64,000 bases of DNA. Origin: Podarcis gaigeae. Taxonomy: Eukaryota. Location of the stretch: NCBI GenBank assembly GCA_964106915.2, contig OZ066915.1. One strand, given 5' to 3'. Under the pieces are notes generated by a model. It worked only from the letters and a program-made list of their open reading frames with translations. It made no database searches and was not told the origin of the DNA. The position numbers and the translations under genes were made by a program. Shown piece after piece: positions 1-64,000 of the stretch (positions are counted from its first letter, which is position 1; every line of letters starts with the position of its first letter).

Positions 1-890
1 GGTGAGTTTGAGGTAGCCCAGTGCAAAAATCCTGAGGATCCATGTGGATCCATGCTTTGTAACCACCTTTTTGCACCCTAGGCAACAGTGGGTGCGTGAT
101 TTTTTTTGGTGCAAGATGCAGCCATGGACATGCTATGTGATCTGATGGTGAATTTGGGGTGACCCAGTGCAAAAATCCTGAGGATCCATGTGGATCCGTG
201 CTTTGTAACCACGTTTTAAGTGGGGAGGGAAGGAAAAGCACTCAAGGGACAAGGAACACGCGTGGGGTGGGTGGAGAAGGATGCTGTTAATAATGCAGAA
301 GAGGGGTATAAGAGGAGAAGCAAGCAGGCTCTGCTTCTCTCCCTCCTCCCCGGCTCACTGAAAAACTTTGCTGCTATGTGGGGAGGAGAGAGGGACAGAG
401 AGCCTGCTTGCAAAAAACTTTGCTGCTATTTAGCAAGCTGTTCTCTCCCTCCTCCCCAAGCTGTTCTCTCCCTCCTCCCCGGCTCCCTGAAAAAAACAGC
501 TCCCTCCTCCCCAGCTCGCTGAAAAACTTTGCTGCTATTTAGCCAGCTGAGTGGGGAGGAGAGAGGGACAGAGAGCCTGCTTGCTTTAAAGGAGCCAACC
601 AGACAGGAGCCGCTTACACTCGTGTAAGCGGCTCCTCTCCTCTCCCACTTTGCTCCTTTAAAGCAAGCAGGCTCTCTGTCCCTCTCTCCTCCCCACTCAG
701 CGGCTCTTCTCCCGCTTTGCTGTTTCAAAGCGAGCCACGGAGGAGGGAAGGAAGGGGAACCATGGATCCACTGCTCACGACTGCAGCAGATCCCCCTGCC
801 ATCCGTAGGCATTCACTCCATAACACGCACAGACATTTCCCCTTACTTTCTAGGAGGAAAAAAGTGAGTGCTATGGTGCAAAAAATACGG
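1..890. mobile_element. Tc1/mariner(pogo)-type non-autonomous DNA element, right part (left end presumably outside the window)
   Basis: Right TIR ...aaaaatacgg followed by TA (891-892), same terminus type as 3763-4125; internal direct repeats (1-66 vs 147-212) and palindromes. Confidence 0.65.
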
Positions 891-979
891 TATTTTTTTT
901 AAGAACTCATGCTGAACATTCTGACCTTTGACAATCCTCTTAATGGAATACCTCCAGACTTCTGATTGTAGCTGTAGGA

Positions 980-1115
980 CAGGCATGGGCAAACTCAGTA
1001 CTCCAGATGTTTTGGAACTACAACTCCCATCATCCCTAGCTAACAGGACCAGTGGTCAGGGATGACGGGAGTTGTATTCCTAAAACATCTCGAGGGCCGA
1101 GTTTGCCTATGCCCG
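980..1115. mobile_element. hAT-type MITE
   Basis: TIRs caggcatgggcaaact / agtttgcctatgcccg; perfect 8-bp TSD CTGTAGGA (972-979, 1116-1123). Confidence 0.88.
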
Positions 1116-1216
1116 CTGTAGGATTTTGTGCTAAGGGCACCAAGGTTTTATGAAGATGGCCTTCTGTTTGTCCTCTTGTATTGGGTTGCTTCTAGTTGTG
1201 TGACTATACAAAATAG

Positions 1217-62641
<61,425 letters not shown>

Positions 62642-64000
62642 GTAAGTAGATGTACATTGGGTTTTTGCAGTGATGAAAGCTGTGAGATGTGTGATGCAAG
62701 TATACTTGCTGTGACTTGTCCATATATTGCATTCTCCCTTTTCCAGAGTCATCTTTATTTCTTTTACTTAGTGTTATCTATTTATTTTTTTATGTTTGCT
62801 TGCTTTGGCTTTGCACATTGCTGGGAACAATATTTGTACACGCTGACAGGAAAGGTTTGCCTTAAGAGATTGATATGTGACATGTTGTTCCAATATTCTG
62901 GCAGGTCCCATAGTATCTCCACTGGACTCCTTCCTTCCACGTAGAAAGTCTGCACAAGGCTCTCACACCACGATGATAGGGTCTTCTAATTGCTTCCTGC
63001 TCAGTAACTCATGTTCTGCTTGAGGGGAAGGTTTTCAGCCCATCAGCATTTCTTTAGGGGTGTCTGATTCCTGTCCATGGACATTCTTCAAATACTTGAA
63101 AGTTGTCACATAGGACCCAAACCAATGAGTTCCAAAGCTATGATTCTAATAGAAACATGGCTCACAATGCTTTATATTGCTTGAAATTCTTTTTTATGCT
63201 AATATTCTAAGAACAGAATGTGAAATTACAAAGAAAAATGAAGACTGTATTTCTTAGGCCCTCTCTTCATGGGATAATCATGGGATTATCAGGAAAGAAC
63301 CTGATAATAAAACTCCATACCCTTTAGAGATTTCATTGAACAGATGAGTGTTCAGAAATATCTGGTGGTTTGGAATAACCCAAGTAATAAACTCTGGAAG
63401 TGCTAATTATGCTGGTTTGTTTGTTTTTATTTTCCTTCCCAAATTTGAGATTAAAAGATACACTAGTAGTACAGAGCTGAACTGTTTCAAAGCTGTTTTA
63501 AAAATATTTCTCAATAAGCACACACAAGTAGCTTAAAACGAGCAAGGGGCTTAAATGCTGCCCATTAGCTTTATGTAGTCTGTCTTGCCTTTCACCATTA
63601 TGTCGCAGTGTTTCTGTTCTGAGCACCATCTTTTTCCATTTCAAATTGACTTGGTTCATTTTCAAGCACTTCTTAAGGAATCTTAATCATACAGCTATCA
63701 AAACCGTCTGCATATGAGTGGTGCAATTTTGGGTTGGCTACCCTACTTTATCCCACACATATGTTTCACTGCTACTCTGCTGATCTTTTGATTTTCAGTA
63801 CTATGTTAGCTTTCTCAACTCGTAGAAGCACACATTTACATCTCCTTCTCCCCTGAATCTTCTGAGTGCTGTAATTTTAGCTTTTTCACAGCTCATGCCT
63901 ACAGGGAATTTTTTTTCATAAACAACAGTGGTGATGCATCAGAGTATGGAAGGACATCCTGTACAAGAAACCTGGGGGAGGCAATTTGCAACCAACTGAT

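Noticed and set aside
216-902. Overlapping ORFs at the window start
   Set aside because: They arise from the GC-rich, repetitive interior of a DNA element.
62650-64000. Exons 31a/31b (IVS3)
   Set aside because: No DAWNTFD-coding sequence found; they presumably lie beyond the window.

Overview
Vertebrate genomic DNA, most likely a lacertid lizard: it carries Podarcis-type Sauria SINEs and an RTE-BovB LINE. The whole window lies inside CACNA1D (L-type Ca2+ channel Cav1.3 alpha-1D) on the + strand. I traced exons 6 to 30 (human-style numbering; domain I S5 to domain IV S2) by GT-AG boundaries and consistent reading phase. The supplied ORF track is mostly noise, apart from exon-overlapping ORFs and the LINE. 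Splicing features: mutually exclusive exons 8a/8b and 22/22a; a 75-nt I-II loop cassette (9a/9*); a 30-nt IVS2-S3 microexon (30a-like, ICVPKKKRYL); a 27-nt microexon 12; a NAGNAG acceptor at exon 20; and a minor-spliceosome (U12) GT-AG intron between exons 16 and 17. The 9a, 22a and 30a exons resemble the set described as hair-cell-type in chicken Cav1.3 (recalled, not searched). I found no counterpart of mammalian exon 11. I also flag unannotated candidate microexons: stop-containing ones in intron 8 and a frame-preserving 24-nt one in intron 7. Introns contain a full-length 3.2-kb antisense BovB LINE with target-site duplication (TSD) and only two visible ORF lesions, Sauria and tRNA-derived SINEs, Tc1/mariner- and hAT-type MITEs, L2 remnants, long perfect palindromes and microsatellites. 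Repeat family names come from recognition, not from a database search.
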